Notes under the pieces: generated by a model
Seen by the model: the letters and a program-made list of their open reading frames with translations, nothing else
Told to the model about the DNA's origin: nothing
Databases searched by the model: none
Made by a program: the position numbers and the translations under genes
DNA from: Patescibacteria group bacterium
Lineage (GTDB): Bacteria > Patescibacteriota > Patescibacteriia > JAHJFT01
Direction of reading: 5' to 3'
Length of the DNA: 64,000 bases
Assembly: GCA_028710985.1 (NCBI GenBank)
Contig: JAQTTB010000001.1
Coordinates: 587,014-651,013, forward strand
In this document: piece by piece, positions 54,393-64,000 of the stretch
How the letters are laid out: every line of letters starts with the position of its first letter
Numbering within the stretch: position 1 is the first letter of the stretch

Positions 54393-55253
54393 ATGACTAA
54401 CGGAGGAATTAGCCTGCTGCCTGAGGACATGAAAAAACTGGAGCAGGAGGAACTTGGAGAAAAGCCAAGCAAAGAGCCGGAAAAGGCTCCGAGTTTTCAT
54501 ATTCCCGGCACTGAACCACAAATGTCTCAATCCGAAGATCTTGGTCCGTTGCCCGCGCCCCGGCCACCGGTTTCCCAATTTACGTCCGAAGCAAAGAGAG
54601 AAGCCCCGGTTGCGCCCTATAAACAACGACTGTCGCGTCCCGGTGAGCCGTCTAAACCGCCGCCGCCACCGATTCCACAGCGCCGTTCGCTTCAGGTTAG
54701 TTTGATTCCCGAGGAAGTGAAGGAAAAGAAACAGAATATCAAATTCCGTAAAATTGCGCTCGGTGCTGTCTTGGGTATTGAAGTCGCGTGCTTGATCGTA
54801 TTCATGCTCGTGGCCGACGGTTTTGTTGAGGCAAAGCGCCAGCAGATTGAAAAAATTGATGCCGATATTGCCAATACCAAGGCGCAGATTGGAACAATGC
54901 GCGACGAGAATGCGGAAATTTTTATGGCCGAGAAAAAGCTTAATGCCGTAAATTATTTGCTCGGCCGGCACGCCGTGCCTTCAAAGATATTTGAATTCTT
55001 GGAGAAGAATACTCTTTCCGCGGTCTGGTATGAGAGTTATATTTCTACCGGAAAGGGTGAGCTATCGCTTTCGGCAGCGGCGGATAATTTGGAAACCGCA
55101 GCAAAACAAATTGCGCATTTAGAGGCAATGCCCGAAGTTAAGGAAATTCGGGTCAATAATTTTGAAAACAGGACGGATTTGTTAGGTCGGGAAACCGGTG
55201 TCAGCTTTGAAATGCAGATTGTGTTCGTTGACGGATTTTTAAACGCCAATTGA
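54393..55253 (+). CDS. PilN-like protein with Pro-rich N-terminal extension
   Basis: SLIP motif, TM helix and coiled coil; follows pilM. Confidence 0.7.
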   Translation: MTNGGISLLPEDMKKLEQEELGEKPSKEPEKAPSFHIPGTEPQMSQSEDLGPLPAPRPPVSQFTSEAKREAPVAPYKQRLSRPGEPSKPPPPPIPQRRSLQVSLIPEEVKEKKQNIKFRKIALGAVLGIEVACLIVFMLVADGFVEAKRQQIEKIDADIANTKAQIGTMRDENAEIFMAEKKLNAVNYLLGRHAVPSKIFEFLEKNTLSAVWYESYISTGKGELSLSAAADNLETAAKQIAHLEAMPEVKEIRVNNFENRTDLLGRETGVSFEMQIVFVDGFLNAN

Positions 55254-55255
55254 TT

Positions 55256-55849
55256 ATGGCCGAGCCAACGCCAATTTCAAAAACCAAAGAAGTTAAACCC
55301 AGGCCCAGGGCGCCGTCCGCGCTGTGGGTGCGGTATTATAAATCATTATTTATTTTCTCAGTGCTCGTCATTGCAGTCGTCGGCTGGTTTTTACTAATCG
55401 GCCCGAAATATGCGGAGATGAGCGCCATGGATGTCGGAGCCAAACAGGCTGAACTCAACGCCTACAATGCTACGCTGCAGAAGTTTCAAAAAGCGGTGAG
55501 CGACTGGCAGGCGGCTCCGTCCGAATCCCGGGCTAAACTTGATTATTTTCTGCCAACTGGCGAAGACGCGCCCGGTCTGGTTGCGCTCTTGGATGTCATG
55601 GCAAGAACGAGCGGATTCGCCGTAACCCAGATTTCCTTTTCGCATCTGGAGCAGCCGATTGAGCCGGCATCCGAAGTGTATCCCATCCTGATTTCCATGA
55701 GTGTTGAGGGCGGGGGATATGCCGAACTCAAAAAATTTATTGATAAAATCGAAAGCGATCTTCGGCTCATGGATGTCGACACCCTGACCTTTCAGTCGGG
55801 CAAGGGATCGTATGTTTTTAACATCGTTGCGTATTTTCTCAAAAAGTGA
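55256..55849 (+). CDS. pilO: PilO-like protein
   Basis: TM helix, coiled coil, LP...D.P and G.Y..LK.FI..IE..LRLMDV. Confidence 0.8.
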   Translation: MAEPTPISKTKEVKPRPRAPSALWVRYYKSLFIFSVLVIAVVGWFLLIGPKYAEMSAMDVGAKQAELNAYNATLQKFQKAVSDWQAAPSESRAKLDYFLPTGEDAPGLVALLDVMARTSGFAVTQISFSHLEQPIEPASEVYPILISMSVEGGGYAELKKFIDKIESDLRLMDVDTLTFQSGKGSYVFNIVAYFLKK

Positions 55850-55850
55850 G

Positions 55851-56147
55851 ATGAAAAAGACTTTATACAAAATCGGCGGCATCGTTGCTCTCGTGATTCT
55901 CGGAGGGATTATTTATTTTGGATTTTTCGCCGCGCCGGCAGTTGAATCGCCTTCAGTCGAAATCGGGGCTTCGCAGATTGGCATTAAAATTCCGGCCTTG
56001 AATATGGCGCCTCTTTCGGAAAAGGATTTTTCATCGTTAAAAATATTCAAATCATTGCCCCTGGCCGTCGGGACGGCGGGCAATGTTTTCCCGTTTCAGG
56101 AAATTATTTTAATCGCGGCAAGTGAAACCGCGGCAATCGTGCAATAA
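55851..56147 (+). CDS. Small membrane protein (PilP-like position)
   Basis: N-terminal TM helix; GNVFPF; operonic. Confidence 0.6.
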   Translation: MKKTLYKIGGIVALVILGGIIYFGFFAAPAVESPSVEIGASQIGIKIPALNMAPLSEKDFSSLKIFKSLPLAVGTAGNVFPFQEIILIAASETAAIVQ

Positions 56148-56151
56148 AAAT

Positions 56152-57888
56152 ATGCCATTTGGAAAAATAAACACAAAGATAATCGATGAACTTATCGCCA
56201 AGGGCAAACTTGATGCTAAGCAGCAGAAAGCGGCGCTCGCCGAGCTTGAGGCCGGACGCAGTCCGGAGGAGGTTTTGGTTAAAGGTGGATTAATTAAAGA
56301 GGATGACCTGACTCGGGCGCGGGCCGTTGCCTATAATATCCCATTCAAGGACTTGGCCGGGACGGTGATTTCAAATGAGGTTATAAATCTTCTGCCGAGG
56401 GAGAAATCAGAGCAGTACAACATGATTGCTTTTGCCCGCGATGCCGGGGGAATTAGCATCGGCTTGGTTGACCCGCGCGATTATCAGTCCATGGAAGCGG
56501 TTGAGTTTTATGCCGAAGAGAATGGTTTAAAAGTAAAATTTTTTATTGTATCCCCGACTGCATTCCGCAAGGCAATGCGCCAATTCCAGATACTAGGCAA
56601 GGAAGTGGAAATGGAGCTCGAATCAGCCAAGGAGAAATTTGCACCCAAAGAAGAAAAATTGCCCGAGGAAGACATTGAGAAGGTGCTTACCGGCGCGCCG
56701 GTTGCGCGCATTGTTTCTACGATCATGCGCCACGCGGTTGAATCCGGCGCATCGGATATTCACATTGAACCGACCGACGGGCCGAGCCGCGTGCGCTACA
56801 GAATTGACGGCGTATTGCGTACCGCTTTGCGCCTGCCGAAGTATATCCATTCGGCAATTATGTCGCGCATCAAGGTTATGGCCAACCTTAAGATTGATGA
56901 AACTCGCATTCCGCAGGACGGCCGCATCACCGATATAATCGGCGGTAAAAAAATTGATTTTCGCATTTCAACATTCCCGTGTTCGGATAATGAAAAAGTC
57001 GCCATGAGAATTTTGGACACTTCAGCCGGCGCGCCGACCTTGGCGGGTTTGGGTTTTAGTCCGAGAAATGTTGAACTCATTGAAAAAGAAATCAAATCGC
57101 CGCATGGCATGTTTCTCATCACCGGTCCGACCGGTTCGGGCAAATCAACCACGCTTTATGCCGTTCTCAATATGGTGAAAGGGGAGAATACCAACGTCGT
57201 GACGCTCGAGGATCCGGTTGAATATTTCATGGAAAGCGTCAACCAGTCGCAGATTCGTCCGGAAATTGGTTATACGTTCGCGAGCGGCCTTCGCGCGATT
57301 CTGCGCCAGGACCCGAATATCATTATGGTCGGCGAAATCCGCGACCGCGAGACCGCCGAGCTCGGCGTGCATGCCGCGCTCACCGGCCACTTGCTTTTTT
57401 CAACTATTCATACGAATGACGCGCTCGGCGCCGTGCCGCGCCTCATTGATATGGGCGTAGAGCCTTTCTTGCTCGCGTCAACTCTGAACGTGGTCATTGC
57501 CCAGCGCCTCGCGCGCCGCATCTGCGATAACTGCAAGGAGGTCGTTGCTCTGCCCAAGGATGTTGAAGACGAAATGCGCGAGGAGCTCGCCGGCATTCCC
57601 AATGAAGTCTTGCCCAAGGGCGTCAAGCTGAATGGCAGCGTTTCTGCTTATCGCGGCAAGGGCTGCCCGCGCTGCAACGGAACCGGATATTCCGGCCGCA
57701 TCTCGGTTGCCGAAATTATGAGAGTAACCAAAGAAATGGAGCAAATTATTGAGGAGGGTTTTCCGAGCGAAAAGGCCGAAGCAGAAATTAAAAATCAAAA
57801 AATGATTCGTTTGCGCCAGGACGGTTTTCTCAAGGTATTGCTCGGGCTTACTACCGTCGAAGAGGTTATGCGCATCAGCCAGGAGTAA
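56152..57888 (+). CDS. pilB: Type IV pilus assembly ATPase (PilB/GspE)
   Basis: ASDIHIEP, RIPQDGR, GPTGSGKSTT, LRQDPNIIMVGEIRD, tetracysteine motif. Confidence 0.95.
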   Translation: MPFGKINTKIIDELIAKGKLDAKQQKAALAELEAGRSPEEVLVKGGLIKEDDLTRARAVAYNIPFKDLAGTVISNEVINLLPREKSEQYNMIAFARDAGGISIGLVDPRDYQSMEAVEFYAEENGLKVKFFIVSPTAFRKAMRQFQILGKEVEMELESAKEKFAPKEEKLPEEDIEKVLTGAPVARIVSTIMRHAVESGASDIHIEPTDGPSRVRYRIDGVLRTALRLPKYIHSAIMSRIKVMANLKIDETRIPQDGRITDIIGGKKIDFRISTFPCSDNEKVAMRILDTSAGAPTLAGLGFSPRNVELIEKEIKSPHGMFLITGPTGSGKSTTLYAVLNMVKGENTNVVTLEDPVEYFMESVNQSQIRPEIGYTFASGLRAILRQDPNIIMVGEIRDRETAELGVHAALTGHLLFSTIHTNDALGAVPRLIDMGVEPFLLASTLNVVIAQRLARRICDNCKEVVALPKDVEDEMREELAGIPNEVLPKGVKLNGSVSAYRGKGCPRCNGTGYSGRISVAEIMRVTKEMEQIIEEGFPSEKAEAEIKNQKMIRLRQDGFLKVLLGLTTVEEVMRISQE

Positions 57889-57890
57889 AT

Positions 57891-59006
57891 ATGTCCCAGC
57901 CGGAAAATATTGAAAAGAGTTTTGCGGAACAGGATCTGGGAAAGCTTGCCAGAAAAGGTTTGCGTTTGCTTTCTCGCGTCAGTACTCGCGATCGGGTGGT
58001 TTTTTCGCGCCAGCTCTCGGTAATGATTTCCGCGAACGTGCCGTTGCTTCGCGCCCTGCGCTCCATGGTCCAACAGACCGAAAATCCGGCTCTCAAAGAT
58101 ATCGTAGAAAATCTTGCCGACGAAATTGAAGGCGGCGCCAAACTTTCGGATGCCATGGCGCTCCACTCGGATGCTTTTTCCGAGTTCTACATCAGTATGG
58201 TGCGCTCCGGTGAAACCACCGGCCGTATCGACCAGACCCTGAATTACTTAGCGGATGAGCAGGAAAAGGATTACGAGCTCATGAGCAAGATCCGCGGTTC
58301 CATGATTTATCCGGCGTTTATCATCTGCGGCCTTTTGGCGGTTGGCGTCCTGATGATGGTGTTCGTGATTCCCAAGCTGACGGATATTCTTCAGGAATCG
58401 GGGGCGACCCTGCCATGGACCACGCGCGCTCTCATCTTTACGAGCGGATTCATGACCGGATACTGGTGGCTCATTTTAATCGCGTTCGTGCTCGCGGTTG
58501 TCGGTCTCCGCGTCGTTTTGCAGATTCCGGCCGGTCGCCTGATTTGGGACAGTCTCAAGATTCATCTGCCGCTCTTTGGTAAAATATTCCGCAAGATTTA
58601 TATCGTCCGGCTGACGCGCACGCTTTCCACTCTGATTACCGGCGGGGTTGATATTGTGAGCGGGCTCACGGTTGTCTCCAATGTCGTGGGCAACGCGGTT
58701 TACAAAAAAATGATCGTGGAAACTATCAGCGAAGTTGAAGACGGCAACTCCATTACCACGGTTTTTCGCGAGTCCAAGCTTATTCCGCCCATGGTGGTGC
58801 AGATGATCGCGATCGGCGAGGAAACCGGGCAGATGGCTTTCGTGCTTGAGAAACTTACGGATTTCTTTTCGCGCGAAGTCCGTACCCTGGTGGAAAGCCT
58901 TGTGACCGTAATTGAGCCGGCAATCATGATTGTCATGGGCGTCGCTGTGGGCATCATGGTTTCCGCTGTTCTTATGCCCATGTACAATCTGGCTTCTGAA
59001 TATTAA
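57891..59006 (+). CDS. pilC: Type IV pilus platform protein (PilC/GspF)
   Basis: FSRQLSVM, GETTG, MIYP, GEETG, IEP, PMY. Confidence 0.95.
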   Translation: MSQPENIEKSFAEQDLGKLARKGLRLLSRVSTRDRVVFSRQLSVMISANVPLLRALRSMVQQTENPALKDIVENLADEIEGGAKLSDAMALHSDAFSEFYISMVRSGETTGRIDQTLNYLADEQEKDYELMSKIRGSMIYPAFIICGLLAVGVLMMVFVIPKLTDILQESGATLPWTTRALIFTSGFMTGYWWLILIAFVLAVVGLRVVLQIPAGRLIWDSLKIHLPLFGKIFRKIYIVRLTRTLSTLITGGVDIVSGLTVVSNVVGNAVYKKMIVETISEVEDGNSITTVFRESKLIPPMVVQMIAIGEETGQMAFVLEKLTDFFSREVRTLVESLVTVIEPAIMIVMGVAVGIMVSAVLMPMYNLASEY

Positions 59007-59105
59007 AAATGATATAATCGAGCTGTTGATCCATTCAACAGCTCGCCCTGAACGTAGTGAAGGGTCTAAAAAATTAATTAATTAACTAATTACCTTATTG
59101 AACTT

Positions 59106-59543
59106 ATGAAGAACAAAAAAGGTTTTACCCTGATTGAGCTTCTGGTGGTAATCGCCATCATCGGCCTTCTCTCGACTTTGGCCGTGGTCGCGCTCCAGAG
59201 CGCTCGTCAGAAATCGCGCGATGCCAAGCGCGTATCGGATATCAAGCAGGTGCAAACCGCGCTTGATATGTATTTTTCGGATGGAAATAAATATCCGGAG
59301 CAAACCGCCACTTTGGGAGTGGCACCAGCCACGATACTCTGCAGTACAGGCGGATTCGTAGGCACTTGCGCAAGCCCGGCCACTAAATATATGGAGCGCG
59401 TTCCGGCCGATCCGAGCACGAATTCCTATATTTACACCGGTGCCGCGCTAGGCGCATCGTATGCTCTTACATTCACGCTTGAGGGCGCGACCGGCGGCCT
59501 GCCGGCCGGCGCACATACGGCGACCCCCGGCGGAATTCAGTAA
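59106..59543 (+). CDS. Type IV pilin, probable major pilin
   Basis: G|FTLIELLVVIAIIGLL, ARQKSRDAKR; terminator near 59569-59592. Confidence 0.9.
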   Translation: MKNKKGFTLIELLVVIAIIGLLSTLAVVALQSARQKSRDAKRVSDIKQVQTALDMYFSDGNKYPEQTATLGVAPATILCSTGGFVGTCASPATKYMERVPADPSTNSYIYTGAALGASYALTFTLEGATGGLPAGAHTATPGGIQ

Positions 59544-59678
59544 TTCGCAGTTAAATGCTTATCAAAACATCCCCCTTGATTGGGGGATTTTTGATTTACG
59601 GATAAGCAAAAAAATGGTAAAATGAGACCGTTAAATTGATTTAACGGTCTCATCCTGAACGAAGTGAAGGATCTCTCA

Positions 59679-60452
59679 ATGGTGTTTATGGAAAACGGGA
59701 TAATTTACGCAATCGCCGTTATTTTGGGCTTAGTCGCCGGCAGTTTTATTAATGCCTTGGCATGGCGGCTCAAAACCGGCGAGTCGGTCCTGCGCGGACG
59801 TTCGCATTGCCCTCGGTGCCGCCACGGCCTCGCCTGGCGTGATTTGGTGCCACTCTTGTCGTTCATCGCGCTTTGCGGTCGCTGCCGTCATTGTAAAAAG
59901 TCCATTTCCTGGCAGTATCCGGCCGTGGAGGTCATTGCCGCTTTGCTCGCGGCCATCATTCTTTGGCACGGGCTTGCTTCGGGATATGAAATATTTGAAT
60001 TTTGCCGTGACTGGTTTTTCAGCGGTATTCTGCTCGTAATTTTTATTTATGATTTGCGATGGGGGATTATTTTGGATCAGGTTTCACTGCCCTCAATTAT
60101 TGCCGCGCTCTCAATTAATTTACTGCTCGGCGTATCCTGGTTCAGCCTGATCATCGCCGCCGCGCTCGGTGCGTCATTCTTTGGCCTGCAGTTTGCCATC
60201 TCTCGCGGCAAGTGGATTGGCGCCGGCGATATTCGCATGGGCGCGCTCATGGGCGCGATGCTTGGCTGGCCGTCAATTCTCGTTGGTTTGTTTCTCGCGT
60301 ATATTTTAGGTTCTGCCGTGGCCGTGCCTCTTCTGATTTCTAAAACCAAAAAAATGAAATCCACCATTCCGCTTGGTCCGTTTCTGGCAGTCGGCACGTT
60401 CGTGGCCATGCTTTGGGGCCAGCAGATAATCAATTGGTATCTGGGATTATGA
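59679..60452 (+). CDS. pilD: Prepilin peptidase
   Basis: GSFINA, RSHCPRC, CRHC, IYD, GAGD, PLGPFL. Confidence 0.95.
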   Translation: MVFMENGIIYAIAVILGLVAGSFINALAWRLKTGESVLRGRSHCPRCRHGLAWRDLVPLLSFIALCGRCRHCKKSISWQYPAVEVIAALLAAIILWHGLASGYEIFEFCRDWFFSGILLVIFIYDLRWGIILDQVSLPSIIAALSINLLLGVSWFSLIIAAALGASFFGLQFAISRGKWIGAGDIRMGALMGAMLGWPSILVGLFLAYILGSAVAVPLLISKTKKMKSTIPLGPFLAVGTFVAMLWGQQIINWYLGL

Positions 60453-61057
60453 TATACAAAAACGGCTTTTCTCTTATCGAGGTGCTTGTATCCATCTCCA
60501 TCTTTGCGCTGATTACCACCTCCCTGGTCGCAAATTTTCGCGGCGGGGAGACCAAGAACCAGCTTAATCTTGCGGCGTCAAACACCGTAGCCGAACTGCG
60601 CAAGGCGCAGAGCATGACCCAGGCCGGACAGCCGACCCGGGTTTGCCTTAGCGGCGATCAAATTATCGGAAATTGCGAGGCCAATCCTTCCTGCGCCGGC
60701 ACCTGCGTTGAAAATGTTCCGGTCGGCGGTTGGGGACTGGTTTTTACGAGCGGCAGCGACAAGATGAAGCTGTTTGCAAACAGCGAGCTTGCGGTTGCGT
60801 TTGATGAATCGGAAGAACAAGTGAGTGAATTACCGGTTTCTCCGACCGGCCGCGTTAAAATTTCCGGCATTACGACCGATACCGGACCCGTCAATACCCT
60901 GGTCGTGTATTTTAGACCGCCTGTGGATCGCATTGTTTTTGCCGGCGATGTCGCATTGAATCCAACCAACGCAACCATCGTGCTGGAACACATGACAAGT
61001 GGCGCGACCCGGATAATTAAAATAAATAATATTTCAGGAAGAATTGATGTTGAATGA
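60449..61057 (+). CDS. Minor pilin (FimT/GspH-like)
   Basis: G|FSLIEVLV; LRKAQS. Confidence 0.85.
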   Translation: MIYKNGFSLIEVLVSISIFALITTSLVANFRGGETKNQLNLAASNTVAELRKAQSMTQAGQPTRVCLSGDQIIGNCEANPSCAGTCVENVPVGGWGLVFTSGSDKMKLFANSELAVAFDESEEQVSELPVSPTGRVKISGITTDTGPVNTLVVYFRPPVDRIVFAGDVALNPTNATIVLEHMTSGATRIIKINNISGRIDVE

Positions 61058-61655
61058 TAATCAAAAGGGGCAGGGCCTCATTGAAATGCTTATCGCCATC
61101 GCGATTATTCTAACCGCAATCGTCGGCGGTCTTTCGCTTATGATCTCAAGCTATAATGCTGAGCAGGAAAGCGCCCGTCGCACCGTCGCGGCGAATCTTG
61201 GCCGCGAAGCCATCGAAATCTGCCGCGGTCTGCGCGACAGCGCGTGGATAAACCGCGCGGCTTTTGAGAGCTGGTTCACGAACGCGGATTTGGATTACTC
61301 ATTCGCGCCGTCATTTGATGAAGCGCAGATGAAATGGACGCTCAGCTCCGTGCCGGACGCAATTTCCGATGCCGCCGCGGGCGTTTATCAATATAAAACC
61401 GGTTCGCTTGCCGGCATGATGAATAATTTTGAGGCGCATGACGCCGCGACCACGCTGTTTCGCCGCATTATTTTCATGAATCCAATCTGCTGGAATTCGG
61501 TTACCCAAACCGAATCCACAGTGGAGGACGGAAGCCGTTGCACGCCGCTTGAAACCGTGGGCGTCAAAATCCGGGCGCGCGTTGAATGGTCGGAGCGCGG
61601 ACGCACCCACGGCGTCAATGTAGAGGACCAACTTTATAATTGGAGATGGCGATGA
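61047..61655 (+). CDS. Minor pilin (PilV-like)
   Basis: GQGLIEMLIAI; A..L.REAIE..R..RD. Confidence 0.8.
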   Translation: MLNDNQKGQGLIEMLIAIAIILTAIVGGLSLMISSYNAEQESARRTVAANLGREAIEICRGLRDSAWINRAAFESWFTNADLDYSFAPSFDEAQMKWTLSSVPDAISDAAAGVYQYKTGSLAGMMNNFEAHDAATTLFRRIIFMNPICWNSVTQTESTVEDGSRCTPLETVGVKIRARVEWSERGRTHGVNVEDQLYNWRWR

Positions 61656-62251
61656 AGAATAAAAATAACAAAGGATTTACGCTCATGGAGATGCTGGTCG
61701 TTCTGGCCGTATTTTCTACTTTTGTAATAATGGCAACGGATTTGTTCTTGACCGTGAACCGCGTGCAAAGGGAAACCCAGGTGTCCGAGCGAGTTTTGAG
61801 TGAAAACCGTTCCATTTTGGAGACCATTGCCCAGGAAGTGCGGCAGAGCAGGGTTGATTACAAAGCCTATGGCGATCCGGCAAATCCGGCTGACGCGATT
61901 GTGAGTCCGGTTGGCGAGCTAAAATTACTTTCTGCGGCCGCGGAAAAAGTATTAATCAAAAAAGATTCTACGTTCTGCCCGTCCGCCCTGAGCACGCCCT
62001 GTGTGGTCGTGAGCCGCGATAACGGCGTGAGCTGGGCTTCAATGACGCCAAAGGGCATCCGCGTGATTGATATGAAATTTATCGTGAGTCCGGCGCTGGA
62101 TCCGTTTTATTTCAACGGCACTGATTATCTTTCGTCCGAGCAGCCGCTTGTTACCGTAATTTTAAATCTTGAAAGCACGGACGAGATGGGCAAAAAACAC
62201 GCCCAAGTCAGCAATCAAACCAGCATTGCCGTGCGCGCTTATGAAAGATAA
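61652..62251 (+). CDS. Minor pilin (PilW-like)
   Basis: G|FTLMEMLVV. Confidence 0.85.
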   Translation: MKNKNNKGFTLMEMLVVLAVFSTFVIMATDLFLTVNRVQRETQVSERVLSENRSILETIAQEVRQSRVDYKAYGDPANPADAIVSPVGELKLLSAAAEKVLIKKDSTFCPSALSTPCVVVSRDNGVSWASMTPKGIRVIDMKFIVSPALDPFYFNGTDYLSSEQPLVTVILNLESTDEMGKKHAQVSNQTSIAVRAYER

Positions 62252-63044
62252 AAATATCAAAATTAAAAAAAATGAACAGGGAACGGTTTTGCTCCTCGCG
62301 CTTTTGCTCATGGCGTCGGTTGTTGTTGCCGGAGTCGGCATGGGACAAATTATTATGTCGCAAATCCAGCAGGCGATTCTAACCGATGATTCAATCACCG
62401 CGTTCTACGCCGCCGAGGCCGGGCTGGAAAGTTCTCTCTTCAAATTGCGCGCCCTGGATATGTCCGCGGGTTCGCTGCCCGTCGCCGGAACGCTTGATAA
62501 CGGCGCGACCTGGAGCATTACGACCCAGAGTTCGCGGGCGGATGTTACGGTAAGTCTCGCGGACAATCAAACCTACCAGCTGGATCTTTTTAATCCCGAT
62601 AATCTTGCTGAAGCGCCGGGCATTGAGTCATTGCGGTTTACCTGGACCGGCGCCGGCCAGCTTGAAATGGCGTACATCAGCTGGTTTCCGTCCGCCGCAA
62701 TTAATACCGCCGTCTGGCCGCAACAGGAATATCAGGTCGTGACGCCGCCCTTGTCGCTCGTTGGCCCGGCGGTTATCCGCAATGAATTTTCGGCAAATCA
62801 GGCGTATCGCGTGCGCCTGCGCGCCGTGAACGGGGCGCTCTCCAGCCTCAATATCACCGGCTGGAGCATGGACAATGCCGTGGCCGGAAGCCAAATTGCT
62901 ATGCCGTCGCATATCTCCCTTTCTTCAACCGGCCGGTTTGCCCGCGCGCGGCAGGCGCTTTCGGCGAGCATCCCGCGTTTTGCCCAGCTCTCGGGCATCT
63001 TTGATTTTGTTTTGTTCAGCGAAGAAAAAATTTCCAAAGAATAA
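62241..63044 (+). CDS. Minor pilin (PilX-like)
   Basis: EQG|TVLLLALL without Glu5; AFYAAEAGLE. Confidence 0.85.
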   Translation: MKDKNIKIKKNEQGTVLLLALLLMASVVVAGVGMGQIIMSQIQQAILTDDSITAFYAAEAGLESSLFKLRALDMSAGSLPVAGTLDNGATWSITTQSSRADVTVSLADNQTYQLDLFNPDNLAEAPGIESLRFTWTGAGQLEMAYISWFPSAAINTAVWPQQEYQVVTPPLSLVGPAVIRNEFSANQAYRVRLRAVNGALSSLNITGWSMDNAVAGSQIAMPSHISLSSTGRFARARQALSASIPRFAQLSGIFDFVLFSEEKISKE

Positions 63045-63047
63045 TGT

Positions 63048-64000
63048 ATGGATAAAAATCAGGCAAAAATTAGGATAAAAAAATTACGCGATGAAATCAA
63101 TCGCCATCGCTATCTTTATCATGTTCTGGACAAGATTGAGATTTCCGACGCCGCGCTCGATTCCTTGAAGCACGAGCTCTGGAAGCTGGAGCAGGAATTT
63201 CCGTATCTCATTACCCCGGATTCGCCGACCCAGCGCGTCGGCGGCGTGCCGCTCAAAGAATTCACGCAAGTCCGCCACGGCTCGCCCATGCTTTCCATTG
63301 AAGATATTTTTGAATATTCCGAGCTCGAAGCGTGGCTCGAGCGCTGCCGCAAGATTCTAGCGCGCGAGGATTTTGATTTTTACACCGAAATAAAAATGGA
63401 CGGTCTGGCCTTGAGCCTCATTTACCGCGACGGCGCCCTTGTGACCGGCGCGACGCGCGGCGACGGCCGGACCGGAGAAGATGTCACGCAAAATGTAAAA
63501 ACCATTGAAGCTATTCCGCTCCGCCTGCGCGAGCCGAGCCCGGCCGAGATCAAGAATTTTGGCTCTGACAAATTTAAAAAATTTGTTGAATCCGGTTTCC
63601 GCGGCGATTTTGAAATCCGCGGCGAGGCATTCATGACCAAGACGGTTTTTGAAAAATTGAACCAGGAACAGAAAAAGAATGGCCTGCCCGAATTTGCAAA
63701 TCCGCGCAATGTTTCCGCCGGCAGCATCCGCCAGCTTGATTCCAAGATTACCGCGTCGCGGCATCTTGATTTTTTTGGCTACGATGTCATCACCGATCTC
63801 GGCCTGGAATCTCACGAGCAGGTTCACGATCTGATGAAGCTTTTGGGAATCAAGATTAATCCCGAGAGCCGCCACTGCCGGAATATTAAAGAGGTCCATG
63901 AGTATCATGAAAAAATTCGTAAAATCCGGCCGCGGCTCAATTATTGGACTGACGGCATCGTGGTAATCGTAAATTTCGTCCCGGCGTTTAAAAAACTCGG
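63048..64000 (+). CDS. ligA: NAD-dependent DNA ligase (5' part, runs off the window)
   Basis: Manual translation MDKNQAK...YHVLD..ISDA..D, PDSPTQRVGG, adenylation motif EIKMDG, TRGDG, EIRGE, FANPRN. Confidence 0.95.
   Translation, partial: MDKNQAKIRIKKLRDEINRHRYLYHVLDKIEISDAALDSLKHELWKLEQEFPYLITPDSPTQRVGGVPLKEFTQVRHGSPMLSIEDIFEYSELEAWLERCRKILAREDFDFYTEIKMDGLALSLIYRDGALVTGATRGDGRTGEDVTQNVKTIEAIPLRLREPSPAEIKNFGSDKFKKFVESGFRGDFEIRGEAFMTKTVFEKLNQEQKKNGLPEFANPRNVSAGSIRQLDSKITASRHLDFFGYDVITDLGLESHEQVHDLMKLLGIKINPESRHCRNIKEVHEYHEKIRKIRPRLNYWTDGIVVIVNFVPAFKKL

Noticed and set aside
1-64000. Alternative genetic code (TGA read as Gly or Trp)
   Set aside because: Conserved genes such as dnaX, murJ, recJ and pilD end at TGA at expected lengths, and no conserved gene shows an internal TGA.

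Overview
Bacterial chromosomal window using genetic code 11, most likely Patescibacteria/CPR (Parcubacteria-like). That assignment is inferred from the alpha2-type GlyRS, AT-rich leaders without Shine-Dalgarno sites on core genes, a lexA-ORF-dinB cassette, a solitary TraD/VirB4-like ATPase and a type IV pilus operon. Core genes are holB, frr, glyQS, tpiA, rpmG, cysS, dnaX, era, murJ, lepA, recJ, rnhA, a pilM-N-O-B-C-pilin-pilD-minor pilin operon and the 5' part of ligA. There are five intact tRNAs (Thr-GGT, Tyr-GTA, Thr-TGT, Trp-CCA, Gln-CTG). The most striking unexplained structure is a recurring 'shadow gene' architecture. tRNA-Thr(GGT), tRNA-Trp, tRNA-Gln and lepA each have an upstream duplicate of their 5' part. 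Each duplicate is interrupted or ended by GC-rich palindromes of about 17-44 bp (mostly CCTGCC...GGCAGG or TCCGCC...GGCGGA), and the intact gene follows. At tRNA-Gln the two copies bracket a GIY-YIG nuclease gene. tRNA-Thr(TGT) is split in its anticodon by such a palindrome, which itself carries a complete second tRNA-Thr. Four small mobile-type genes (GIY-YIG, RAYT HUH transposase fragment, DUF559, four-helix-bundle) each sit with a palindromic repeat family, and empty copies of several families are scattered through the window. Several orphan genes carry their own sigma70 promoter and a strong AGGAGG site. All calls are from reading the sequence by eye; no database searches were run.
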